From Breznakia sp. PF5-3 (lineage in GTDB: Bacteria; Bacillota_I; Bacilli_A; Erysipelotrichales; Erysipelotrichaceae), in the NCBI RefSeq assembly GCF_029504745.1, contig NZ_JAQFIQ010000063.1:1-11030 (forward strand): a stretch of 11,030 nt of DNA. The letters are read 5' to 3'. The position numbers and the translations under genes are program-made. Under the pieces are notes generated by a model. That model did no database searches, had not been told where the DNA came from, and was given only the letters and a program-made list of their open reading frames with translations. How positions within the stretch are numbered: position 1 is the stretch's first letter; each line of letters starts with the position of its first letter. Below are positions 1 to 6,836 of this stretch, piece after piece.

Positions 1-102
1 ATAATATAAGACATTATCACAATGAAAAAGTAAGAAAAATGGAATCTGAGCAAAAAGTGAATTAGTTTTCCACATAGGATAGAAGATATTATAAAAGAAA
101 TA

Positions 103-127
103 GTCGAATTATGGATTCGACCTTTTT
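103..127 (+). terminator. Rho-independent terminator for a gene lying upstream of the window
   Basis: Stem GTCGAAT (103-109) pairs with ATTCGAC (115-121), with loop TATGG, followed by CTTTTT (122-127). An A-rich run upstream makes it look bidirectional. A frame is open from the window edge to TAG at 63-65, consistent with the 3' end of an upstream + strand gene. Confidence 0.6.
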
Positions 128-167
128 AAGTACTGCAGTTTTACTCAATTTCGACAAAATGGCATAG

Positions 168-226
168 AAAAAAGGCTGTTAACCTTCAAGGCGATAAAAA
201 TCACCTATCTGTCACAGCCTCTTTTA
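168..226 (-). terminator. Compound stem-loop followed by a U-run on the minus strand (orphan terminator-like element)
   Basis: The outer stem AGGCTGT (173-179) pairs with ACAGCCT (214-220). The inner stem 190-195/200-205 is perfect on the minus-strand RNA (GGUGAU-UUUU-AUCGCC, one G-U pair). On the minus strand it is followed by UUUUU (172-168), and on the plus strand by CTTTTATTT. No minus-strand gene ends just upstream of it. Confidence 0.35.
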
Positions 227-347
227 TTTGTTTACAACTTTTATATTCATCATAAATATGCTGGTTCTTCATTCAAAAGAATTGCATTCATTAATACTTT
301 GCACCAACTCCTAAACCCAACGAATCTTAATTTTCATTAAAAAGTAC

Positions 348-376
348 TTGAAAAGTATTTCTAAAGGGCTTATTCT
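348..376 (+). promoter_or_regulatory. Candidate sigma-A promoter of the serine hydrolase gene
   Basis: TTGAAA (348-353), a 17-nt spacer, then TATTCT (371-376), about 20 nt upstream of the ATG at 396. The -10 match is only moderate. Confidence 0.4.
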
Positions 377-395
377 CTAAAAAAGGAGAAAGATA

Positions 396-1391
396 ATGAA
401 AGAAAATATAAAAGATATTATCAAAAAAGAACATTCTAATATATTGGGGATTGTTGCTTACAAAGACAATAAGAAAGTATATGAAGAATATTATAATGAT
501 TCTTATAAAGAAGAATCCATTCATAACTTTTCAATCACAAAAAGTGTAATTTCACTTCTGATTGGAATAGCTATTGATAAAGGATATATAAAAAGTGTTC
601 ATCAGAAAGTTTTAGAATTTTTTCCCAATTACAAGCTAAAAAGAAACCAAGAACAGCTTAATGAAATAACAATAGAAAATTTCTTAACCATGAGTGTACC
701 CTATAAATTTAAATATGAACCATATAAAAAAGTATTTACAAGTTTCAATTGGGGTGAGACTGTACTTGGTTTAATTGGTGGAAAAAAAGCAATTGGAGAA
801 TTTCATTATTCAACTGTTGGTATCCAAGTGTTATCAAATATCCTTGTTATAGCTACCAAAATGAGTGTAAAAGAGTTTGCCCAAAAATACTTATTTGATT
901 TATTAGATATTAAAAATCTATCAAATATAGAAATACCTGGTGCAGAGGATCAAGCAAAATTTTACCATTCTAGAAATATAAGAGGCTGGGTGCAAGATGA
1001 TATGGGGTATCATGTAGCAGGTTGGGGGTTATCAATAACGGCTGATGAATATGCTAAGATTGGCTTATTGTGTTTAAATAAAGGTATTTACAACAAGAAA
1101 AGAATGGTGAGTGAAAACTATATCAAAGAAATGTTTGTTGAAAGACAAGAAAACTATGGATATCTATGGTGGATATACAAGAAAAACAACCAAGTTGAAA
1201 TAATGAAAAAGATTGCGAACACTGGTAAATATGATTCCTATGCTGCGTGTGGTGTTGGTGGATCATTAATCCACATAATACCTGAAAAGCAAATCGTGAT
1301 AAGCATCACATGTTCACTAGTCTATCGTCCAAATCTAAGATTCGATTTAATTAACAAGAATTTGATTCCTCTAATTGATAAACCTTTATAA
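396..1391 (+). CDS. Serine hydrolase, class C beta-lactamase / PBP4*-like family, cytoplasmic (no signal peptide)
   Basis: AGGAG at 384-388 lies 7 nt before the ATG. The SxxK motif is present as SITK (FSITKSVISLLIGIAIDKGYI). The YxN-position motif is present as YST (HYSTVGIQVLSNIL). The C-terminal block ACGVGGSLIHIIPEKQIVISI is typical of the family. Confidence 0.85.
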   Translation: MKENIKDIIKKEHSNILGIVAYKDNKKVYEEYYNDSYKEESIHNFSITKSVISLLIGIAIDKGYIKSVHQKVLEFFPNYKLKRNQEQLNEITIENFLTMSVPYKFKYEPYKKVFTSFNWGETVLGLIGGKKAIGEFHYSTVGIQVLSNILVIATKMSVKEFAQKYLFDLLDIKNLSNIEIPGAEDQAKFYHSRNIRGWVQDDMGYHVAGWGLSITADEYAKIGLLCLNKGIYNKKRMVSENYIKEMFVERQENYGYLWWIYKKNNQVEIMKKIANTGKYDSYAACGVGGSLIHIIPEKQIVISITCSLVYRPNLRFDLINKNLIPLIDKPL

Positions 1392-1413
1392 ATTATACTT
1401 TCAAATTCTCGTT

Positions 1414-2385
1414 TTACATATTTGCTCCTGCCATAATTAACATTTCCACAATCTCAGTAAACCCATTTTCAGAAGCATAATAAATAGCACTGTGTTGATC
1501 ATTATCAACTGTATTAACCTCTACCTCATTTTCTATCAAAACATTTACAACATCATTGGCTCCTACCATGGCTGCTACTATCAATGGTGTTTCTCCTGCT
1601 TCGTTTTTCACATTGATATCTGCTCCATGATTTATCAATGATATACTTGCAAATTTATTATGAAACTTACTTGCATAATGTAATGGTGCATTTCCATTTA
1701 ATAATTTCAAATTACTATCGGCTCCATTTTCTAAAAGCATATCTACCAAATGTAAGTTATTTTGTTTCATAGCCAAAATAAGTGCTGTTTCACCACCATC
1801 ATTTACAGCATTCACCTGTGTACTCTCTTGTTTAAGCAATACTAAAACAACCTCACTTTGGTTGTTGTACACCGCTTGATGTAATGGCCTATTCCCCACT
1901 GCATCACTACTTTGATTTTCCTCACTCAACAAGACAATAATATCTCTTAATCCATTGGCTGTCGCATGATCAAGAGCCTTATGCCCGTTATTATCAGAAA
2001 TACTTTTATCGGCACCTTGTTCCAACAAATATTTTGTCGCTTCACTTTTACCATTTATAACTGCATACATAAGTGCTGTTCTTCCATCTTTATCCGTACT
2101 ATCTATATCCAATCCACTTTGCAATAATAAAGATATAATATCTTTATTTCCATTCATTGCTACTTGATGCAGTGAAGTCATACTCATATTATTTGCTACA
2201 CTTGTATCTGCACCATTATCGATCAATAAACGTACGATGTCTTTTGAACCCTTAGCACAGGCATAAAATAATGCATTGTTACCAAGTGCATCTCGCTTAT
2301 TAATATCCAAACCACCTTTTTTAAGAAATGCTTCCACCACTCCCTTTTGTCCATTCTTACAAGCATTTAAAAATATTTTTTCCAT
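1414..2385 (-). CDS. Ankyrin-repeat protein (about 10 consecutive ANK repeats, 323 aa)
   Basis: The ANK consensus recurs about every 33 aa along the whole protein, for example DKDGRTALMYAVINGKSEATKYLLEQGADKS, NEAGETPLIVAAMVGANDVVNVLIENEVEVN and NGNAPLHYASKFHNKFASISLINHGADIN. AGGAGG at 2390-2395 precedes ATG 2385. There is no signal peptide. Confidence 0.92.
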   Translation of the reverse strand: MEKIFLNACKNGQKGVVEAFLKKGGLDINKRDALGNNALFYACAKGSKDIVRLLIDNGADTSVANNMSMTSLHQVAMNGNKDIISLLLQSGLDIDSTDKDGRTALMYAVINGKSEATKYLLEQGADKSISDNNGHKALDHATANGLRDIIVLLSEENQSSDAVGNRPLHQAVYNNQSEVVLVLLKQESTQVNAVNDGGETALILAMKQNNLHLVDMLLENGADSNLKLLNGNAPLHYASKFHNKFASISLINHGADINVKNEAGETPLIVAAMVGANDVVNVLIENEVEVNTVDNDQHSAIYYASENGFTEIVEMLIMAGANM

Positions 2386-2393
2386 AGTACCTC

Positions 2394-3995
2394 CTATATT
2401 TTCATTAATAAGTATTGAACTAAATTCTCATTATTATTTTCTGTTGCATATGCAAGTGCATTTTTACCTTCATTATTTACTTCATTAACATCCGGTTCTC
2501 CAAATTCAAATAACAAATCGACAAATGCTTTTGCATTTGAATGATTAGCATTTTTCGCTGCATACATCAGTGCTGTATTTCCATCGCTATCTTTTAATTT
2601 CATATCTGCATCTGCTTCCAACAAAGAAAGTAAGATATCTTCCATATATCTACTTTCCCCTAAACATACTGACATCAGTGCGGTTACTCCATTTAAATCA
2701 CATTTATTAACATCTACTTTTTGCTTAAACAATTCTTCTATGAAAACACCTTCAAACGTATAATTGTTATAACCGCTCGCTCGATCAACATTTCTACAAG
2801 TCAATGTTAATAAAGTATCCCCTGTATCATTTATTACCTGATTAAAATCAAAACCATGTTCTTTCATAAGTTTAAAAAGCTGTGGGATAACCTTATTCTC
2901 ATAAACGTTTCCACTTACTGATTTATATGAAGTAAGTGGATATGTTAAAGGAACTTTATCATTACTATCTTTTAAGTTTGGATCTGCATTCGCTTCCAAT
3001 AACAACTTAATAATATCTATATTTAATTTCATACAAGCGAAAGATAAAGGCAATTTACCTTCTAAATCAATAGAATCAACATAATAAGATTCCCCATAAA
3101 ATTCATTTGGATCACTCCCTAACTGCAACAAGCTAGCAACTGCTTCAACATCTTCTTTCGCAATTGCTTGCATCATATTCATTCCTTTGGTTTTGGCTTC
3201 CATAGAATCATCAGCGTCTACACCATTTAAAATTGCAGGAATTCTAACTTCTAAAGATGCAAATGCTATCTCTTTTGCTGTATGTCCATAATTATCCTTT
3301 TGATCAGGATCCAATCCCGCATCTATTAACAATTGAAGTATTTCAATAGCATCATTCATCTTTTTTAAGCTACGTTCATAATGCTCTTTTTGTGATTTTA
3401 AATGATCCTTATGTATCCGAACCAGCACCTCATTGCTTTCATCTATCACTTCATTCATTATCTTTTCATATGCTGGTTTGTCATATTTGTGAAAGCTTCC
3501 AGCTTCTCGTTGTGCATAATCACAAGCAAAATGTAATGCACTTTCTCCATCCTGACTTACAAAATCCAATTTCTTACCAGCATCAATAACCGCTTTAATA
3601 AAATCACGCTTGCCTCGTTGTGCAGCAATCAACAATGCATTCATACCATCATCACTCTTTCGAAGAATACTAACTCCATTATCCAACAACAACATAACAA
3701 GCTTATATTCATCAGCCCAAGAACAATAATCTCGACTATCACCATACACTATTTGATGAAGTATCGTATATCCATTGTGATCTTTGGTAGGAATGCTTAT
3801 TCCTTTGGCTAATAGTTTTTTTAATGAATCATAATCACCATGCTTAGCAATATAGTATGTAAGTGGCATACTATTATACTCTTCATCATAATTCTCTATT
3901 GCATCATATAACTGCCAAACTTCTTCTCTATGATCTTCTTTATCCCGGCTTTTATAAAAACTACTAATTTGGTATACTACATCATTTAAACTCAT
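2394..3995 (-). CDS. Ankyrin-repeat protein, irregular, with long insertions (533 aa)
   Basis: ANK units are present, for example DSDGNTALMYAAKNANHSNAKAFVDLLFEFGEPDVN, NNEGKNALAYATENNNENLVQYLL, SDDGMNALLIAAQRGKRDFIKAVIDAGKKLD and LEGKLPLSFACMKLNIDIIKLLLEANADPN. The start ATG 3995 overlaps the upstream stop (ATGA) and has AAGGAGG 7 nt upstream. Its TAG stop (2394-2396) sits inside the SD of the next gene. Confidence 0.9.
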   Translation of the reverse strand: MSLNDVVYQISSFYKSRDKEDHREEVWQLYDAIENYDEEYNSMPLTYYIAKHGDYDSLKKLLAKGISIPTKDHNGYTILHQIVYGDSRDYCSWADEYKLVMLLLDNGVSILRKSDDGMNALLIAAQRGKRDFIKAVIDAGKKLDFVSQDGESALHFACDYAQREAGSFHKYDKPAYEKIMNEVIDESNEVLVRIHKDHLKSQKEHYERSLKKMNDAIEILQLLIDAGLDPDQKDNYGHTAKEIAFASLEVRIPAILNGVDADDSMEAKTKGMNMMQAIAKEDVEAVASLLQLGSDPNEFYGESYYVDSIDLEGKLPLSFACMKLNIDIIKLLLEANADPNLKDSNDKVPLTYPLTSYKSVSGNVYENKVIPQLFKLMKEHGFDFNQVINDTGDTLLTLTCRNVDRASGYNNYTFEGVFIEELFKQKVDVNKCDLNGVTALMSVCLGESRYMEDILLSLLEADADMKLKDSDGNTALMYAAKNANHSNAKAFVDLLFEFGEPDVNEVNNEGKNALAYATENNNENLVQYLLMKI

Positions 3996-4498
3996 TCCTC
4001 ATCCTCCTTAATCTTTCTCATAATATCATCTATATTCTTATACTCCTTAAAACCAATTTGATTGTTTATTTCAATGATACGTTGCTTGTTTTTCAATATA
4101 TAACAAACATCAACAAGTACTCTTAAAAAACGATCTCTACTCATCTCTTTAAAATGATCTATTTCAAATGTAAACATTGGTTGGCGATAATGATTACTCA
4201 ATTTCGCTTGTGACTGTATCTTTCTCACAATTTCTTCTATAACTGGTTTAGAACTTGTTAATGTTGTTTTTGTAAACAACATTAATCCTTCTTCTAAATA
4301 TTTCAAAGCCTCTTCATGCAATTCACTTTCTAAACAACATAATCCTAGATTAAATAAAATGGACGCATCTTTATTTCTTTCAAGTTTCTGTAACAACAAA
4401 ATCGCTGCCTCTACATATTGATGATTCATCATTAACAAAACAGCATCATCTTTTACAGTTATACTATTTACCATTTTATGACTTTCGCCTAATAACAT
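3992..4498 (-). CDS. Small all-helical TPR-like protein (168 aa), start re-assigned
   Basis: The ORF-track start at 4570 is a GTG with no SD and lies inside a stem-loop. ATG at 4498 (MLLGESHKMVNS...) has GGAGG (4503-4507) 4 nt upstream of the ATG. The TPR-like segment is YVEAAILLLQKLERNKDASILFNLGLCCLESELHEEALKYLEEGLMLF. The family assignment is tentative. Confidence 0.7.
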   Translation of the reverse strand: MLLGESHKMVNSITVKDDAVLLMMNHQYVEAAILLLQKLERNKDASILFNLGLCCLESELHEEALKYLEEGLMLFTKTTLTSSKPVIEEIVRKIQSQAKLSNHYRQPMFTFEIDHFKEMSRDRFLRVLVDVCYILKNKQRIIEINNQIGFKEYKNIDDIMRKIKEDEE

Positions 4499-4527
4499 AG
4501 CTATCCTCCAATTTCTATTCATACCAA

Positions 4528-4575
4528 AATAGGTACATACATACAATCCATAGTGTTTGTAAATATGCACCTATT
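4528..4575 (-). promoter_or_regulatory. Intra-cluster RNA stem-loop (possible partial terminator, attenuator or processing site)
   Basis: On the minus-strand RNA, AAUAGGUGCAUA (4575-4564) pairs with UAUGUACCUAUU (4539-4528). This gives 12 bp including one G-U, with a 24-nt loop, followed by UUGG. It lies in the 113-nt gap between the 150-aa gene and the TPR-like gene. Confidence 0.5.
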
Positions 4576-4611
4576 CTAATAACCAAAGCGTTTACTTCTC
4601 TACTTAAATTC

Positions 4612-5064
4612 TTATTTTCTCTTTGTTTCGCTACATTCAAATACTTTATCTATAAGATTATAACTTATCAGATATTTCTTACCCATTTCCACTTTAAACA
4701 CATTGGTACTTCTTGCTAATGATTTTGCCAGTTTACTAGTTGCCATTTTTTGATAATATTCTAAATCTAGTTCTACTTCTCCAGCAGGAACAAGGATACT
4801 ATTTCGAATTACCTTACCTGGATTTCTATTTATGGAATGTATTACAAATTCACTTTGTCCTGGATTCATAAGTACCTTTTCCTTTGGCAAGACTGGATAA
4901 TCAAAAACAACTTCCACTAAATTAGGATCTGACTCTAACATCTCCTTCTTTTTTTGTTTTTGCTTTTTTCCAGAAACAATCATTAAAACAACTAAACCTA
5001 CACACACGGTGCCAAATACTCCTAAAAACAAGGGAAGGTTATTGGCAATAAAATCTTCATTCAT
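4612..5064 (-). CDS. Single-pass membrane-anchored protein with a polybasic juxtamembrane segment and a roughly 100-aa cytoplasmic domain (150 aa), unknown family
   Basis: GGAG (5071-5074) lies 6 nt before ATG 5064. It has a short acidic N-terminus (MNEDFIANN), a TM segment LPLFLGVFGTVCVGLVVLMIVSG, then KKQKQKKKE. By the positive-inside rule the C-terminal domain is cytoplasmic. I recognise no family. Confidence 0.75.
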   Translation of the reverse strand: MNEDFIANNLPLFLGVFGTVCVGLVVLMIVSGKKQKQKKKEMLESDPNLVEVVFDYPVLPKEKVLMNPGQSEFVIHSINRNPGKVIRNSILVPAGEVELDLEYYQKMATSKLAKSLARSTNVFKVEMGKKYLISYNLIDKVFECSETKRK

Positions 5065-5114
5065 ACGGTTCTCCTTTCAACAATAACTGTTTTTTCTAAT
5101 CCATGGGTCACCCC

Positions 5115-5134
5115 ATAATAGATATGTCTATTAT
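5115..5134 (-). other. Short stem-loop 2 nt downstream of the 340-aa gene stop
   Basis: ATAATAGA (5115-5122) pairs with TCTATTAT (5127-5134), an 8-bp stem with a 4-nt loop. An adjacent, partly overlapping 5-bp stem is ATGGG (5103-5107) with CCCAT (5112-5116). No U-run follows on the minus strand, so it is not a canonical terminator. Confidence 0.4.
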
Positions 5135-5136
5135 TT

Positions 5137-6159
5137 CTAAAGCTCATAAATAAATTGTTTTTGTTTTTTAAATACTACTTCCAAATGATTACATAAGTTA
5201 CCATACTTCATATAATAAGGTAATTGAGGATTTATATATCCAAAGTAATATACATAATTCTTTCCTTGGTATTGAAAGCTCATTGAGCGTTTTTGATTTG
5301 ACATAGCATTATTATATTTTGGAGGTGTTACCTTTACACTTTTCATCTGTGCAATTTCAAATGTTTCTTCATCAATGGTAAGAAATGTATCATCCAATAC
5401 AAGTCGTGATGGAATTTCTTTTGAAATAGCTTTTAATTGTTTTCTAAACGAGAAAAAAGGAATACCTAAACACATCATCAAAATCATTGCTATCATCGCT
5501 AAAAACGGTCCAATCATTTCTGATGAGAATGCGTTGACTCCTGTATTCAATAACACAAGATACAAACCAATGCATATAACTGATGAAAGGCTAAGGAAAA
5601 TAATCCATAATTTCGTTTGTCGCTTATATTCCTTAAGCATCAAATCATCTTTAGGAATATGATAAGTTTTCTTCAACCCTTCTGTTTCTATAACATCCTC
5701 AACCTCTTCATCTTGAGTTGCTTTTTCATTTCTCAACAAGTAAATATCACTAATTAATTTTTGAAACGTCTTTTTTGAAAATCCACTACACCGATAATCT
5801 TTTCGCTTATTATCTCCATGAATCACACGAATATAAAAGGTCTTCCCTGTAGGTAATCCATTTACATAATGGTTTACAATATATGATGAGATAACTGGTT
5901 CATGCATTGATATTTTATGATATGCTCTATTAAAGAGTGAAAAAACAATAGCTTCATCATCTACAGTTACTTTAATATAGTGTAATAGTGCATTCATAAC
6001 TCCTAATACAAAAGCAATCCCTAAAATAATAGTAACCACTTCATCAAGTTTTTTATCCCCTAATAACATAAAAAGAAGTATTAAAATAAAACTACTTACA
6101 AAAATTGCCCAAACAAAATATGAACATAATTTATATACGGAACTTTTATAAACTTTCAT
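5137..6159 (-). CDS. Four-TM membrane protein with duplicated [TM hairpin + soluble module] architecture (340 aa), possibly bPH-like
   Basis: GAGGAGG (6164-6170) lies upstream of ATG 6159. TM1 is LCSYFVWAIFVSSFILILLFMLLG, TM2 is VVTIILGIAFVLGVMNALLHYI, TM3 is LWIIFLSLSSVICIGLYLVLL and TM4 is IGPFLAMIAMILMMCLGIPFFSF. Each hairpin is followed by a soluble module that opens with a similar strand (KVTVDDEAIVFS and RLVLDDTFLTID). Confidence 0.8.
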   Translation of the reverse strand: MKVYKSSVYKLCSYFVWAIFVSSFILILLFMLLGDKKLDEVVTIILGIAFVLGVMNALLHYIKVTVDDEAIVFSLFNRAYHKISMHEPVISSYIVNHYVNGLPTGKTFYIRVIHGDNKRKDYRCSGFSKKTFQKLISDIYLLRNEKATQDEEVEDVIETEGLKKTYHIPKDDLMLKEYKRQTKLWIIFLSLSSVICIGLYLVLLNTGVNAFSSEMIGPFLAMIAMILMMCLGIPFFSFRKQLKAISKEIPSRLVLDDTFLTIDEETFEIAQMKSVKVTPPKYNNAMSNQKRSMSFQYQGKNYVYYFGYINPQLPYYMKYGNLCNHLEVVFKKQKQFIYEL

Positions 6160-6178
6160 ATAACCTCCTCTACTTCAA

Positions 6179-6195
6179 CACTTATCATGTAAGTG
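6179..6195 (-). other. Small stem-loop just upstream of the SD of the 340-aa gene
   Basis: CACTTA (6179-6184) pairs with TAAGTG (6190-6195), a 6-bp stem with a 5-nt loop, in the 63-nt gap between the 153-aa and 340-aa genes. No U-run follows. Confidence 0.3.
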
Positions 6196-6222
6196 CAATC
6201 TAAAAATCAATAACAAGCTTCT

Positions 6223-6684
6223 TTATACAATCAAATCCTGTACTAAATGTTTTTTTATCAAATTCTTTGTCTCTTCCACCGTTGTAGGCCAATTTTCAAA
6301 ACATGCCTTACCCAATTCAACCGAATTCACCATATGAAAAAAAACAATTGGTTTATGGATTCCATCACAAACAATAAATGCGAAATTCTCTTCTTTTGGA
6401 AATGCTTTTGTATTTACAATCCAATCCCCATATTCATAAACGGCATCTCCATATCCTGAAAATATATAACTAATTCTTTCTTCTGGAGGCAATGCATTTT
6501 CAATTCTTATCTTTTGCCATTGCTTCTCTACATATTCAAATTTATCTGGATCTAGATGATAAGAAAGACTCCAAAAAAGCATGGATGGTTTCCCATTTAA
6601 TTTCAAAGTCTTTTCTACCATATCGATACTTTCTTTCATCACTGTTTTTTCTATTACCACTTCATAATATTCTAATTTATCCAC
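6223..6684 (-). CDS. Hypothetical acidic cytosolic protein (153 aa), first gene of the cluster, GTG start
   Basis: The start codon at 6684-6682 reads GTG on the minus strand and is preceded by AAGGAG (6699-6694) with a 9-nt spacer. There is no TM segment or signal peptide, and I recognise no family. Confidence 0.75.
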   Translation of the reverse strand: MDKLEYYEVVIEKTVMKESIDMVEKTLKLNGKPSMLFWSLSYHLDPDKFEYVEKQWQKIRIENALPPEERISYIFSGYGDAVYEYGDWIVNTKAFPKEENFAFIVCDGIHKPIVFFHMVNSVELGKACFENWPTTVEETKNLIKKHLVQDLIV

Positions 6685-6827
6685 ACAAATACTCCTTCAA
6701 ACTATCACCATTTAAAATACCCTCTAATATATAGATGCAAAAAAACATAAATAGGTGCACTTTTTATGTTTTTTTTTACTTATTTCTTTTCGATTATGCT
6801 TTTCTCTTCAGCATAAAAAAGGAATAA

Positions 6828-6836
6828 TGCTATAAT
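6828..6836 (+). promoter_or_regulatory. Extended -10 promoter element (TGCTATAAT) for the FUSC-like gene
   Basis: TG-C-TATAAT lies at 6828-6836. The -35 is only weak (TTCAGC, 6807-6812). The predicted TSS is near 6843, followed by GAGGTGG (6847-6853) and ATG 6858. Confidence 0.55.

Noticed and set aside
3-65. An open frame from the window edge (NIRHYHNEKVRKMESEQKVN, stop at 63-65), possibly the 3' end of an upstream gene.
   Set aside because: Only 20 codons are visible, too few to tell from chance in this composition. I mention it only as context for the terminator at 103-127.
1392-1413. The convergent serine-hydrolase and ankyrin genes are separated by only 22 nt, with no hairpin terminator.
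   Set aside because: It is a real observation, but it is common in compact genomes, and termination may occur inside the opposing gene. It gives no evidence of a specific regulatory element.
2061-2585. A 25-of-28-nt DNA match between the two ankyrin genes (2061-2088 versus 2558-2585). It could be a recombination or gene-conversion tract.
   Set aside because: Both stretches encode the most conserved ANK consensus (DG-x-TALMYA) with the same preferred codons. The similarity does not extend beyond it.
4499-4570. N-terminal extension of the TPR-like ORF (MHIYKHYGLYVCTYFGMNRNWRIA...), which would make a 192-aa protein.
   Set aside because: The start codon at 4570 is a GTG with no SD and lies inside the 12-bp stem. 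The in-frame ATG at 4498 has GGAGG 4 nt upstream.
4566-6759. The shared 10-mer AATAGGTGCA occurs at 6750-6759 (+ strand, in the region upstream of the cluster) and at 4575-4566 (- strand, inside the intra-cluster stem). It could be a common regulator-binding motif.
   Set aside because: A single 10-mer match among about 1.5 kb of non-coding sequence is roughly what chance predicts (on the order of one). The orientation differs between the two sites. It is worth a motif search genome-wide but is not supportable from this window.
6739-6775. A 13-bp inverted repeat, AAAAAAACATAAA / TTTATGTTTTTTT, with an 11-nt loop, in the divergent promoter region between the cluster and the FUSC-like gene. It has a terminator-like look.
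   Set aside because: The stem is almost entirely A-T, so its stability is low, and such runs pair trivially in AT-rich DNA. It lies between two divergent gene starts, where a terminator makes little sense. I also could not pin down a convincing -35/-10 pair for the cluster promoter in 6685-6857.
6735-6827. A 30-codon ORF, MQKNINRCTFYVFFYLFLFDYAFLFSIKKE, in the divergent intergenic region. It could be a small hydrophobic peptide.
   Set aside because: It has no SD, and its hydrophobicity is simply the translation of T-rich DNA.
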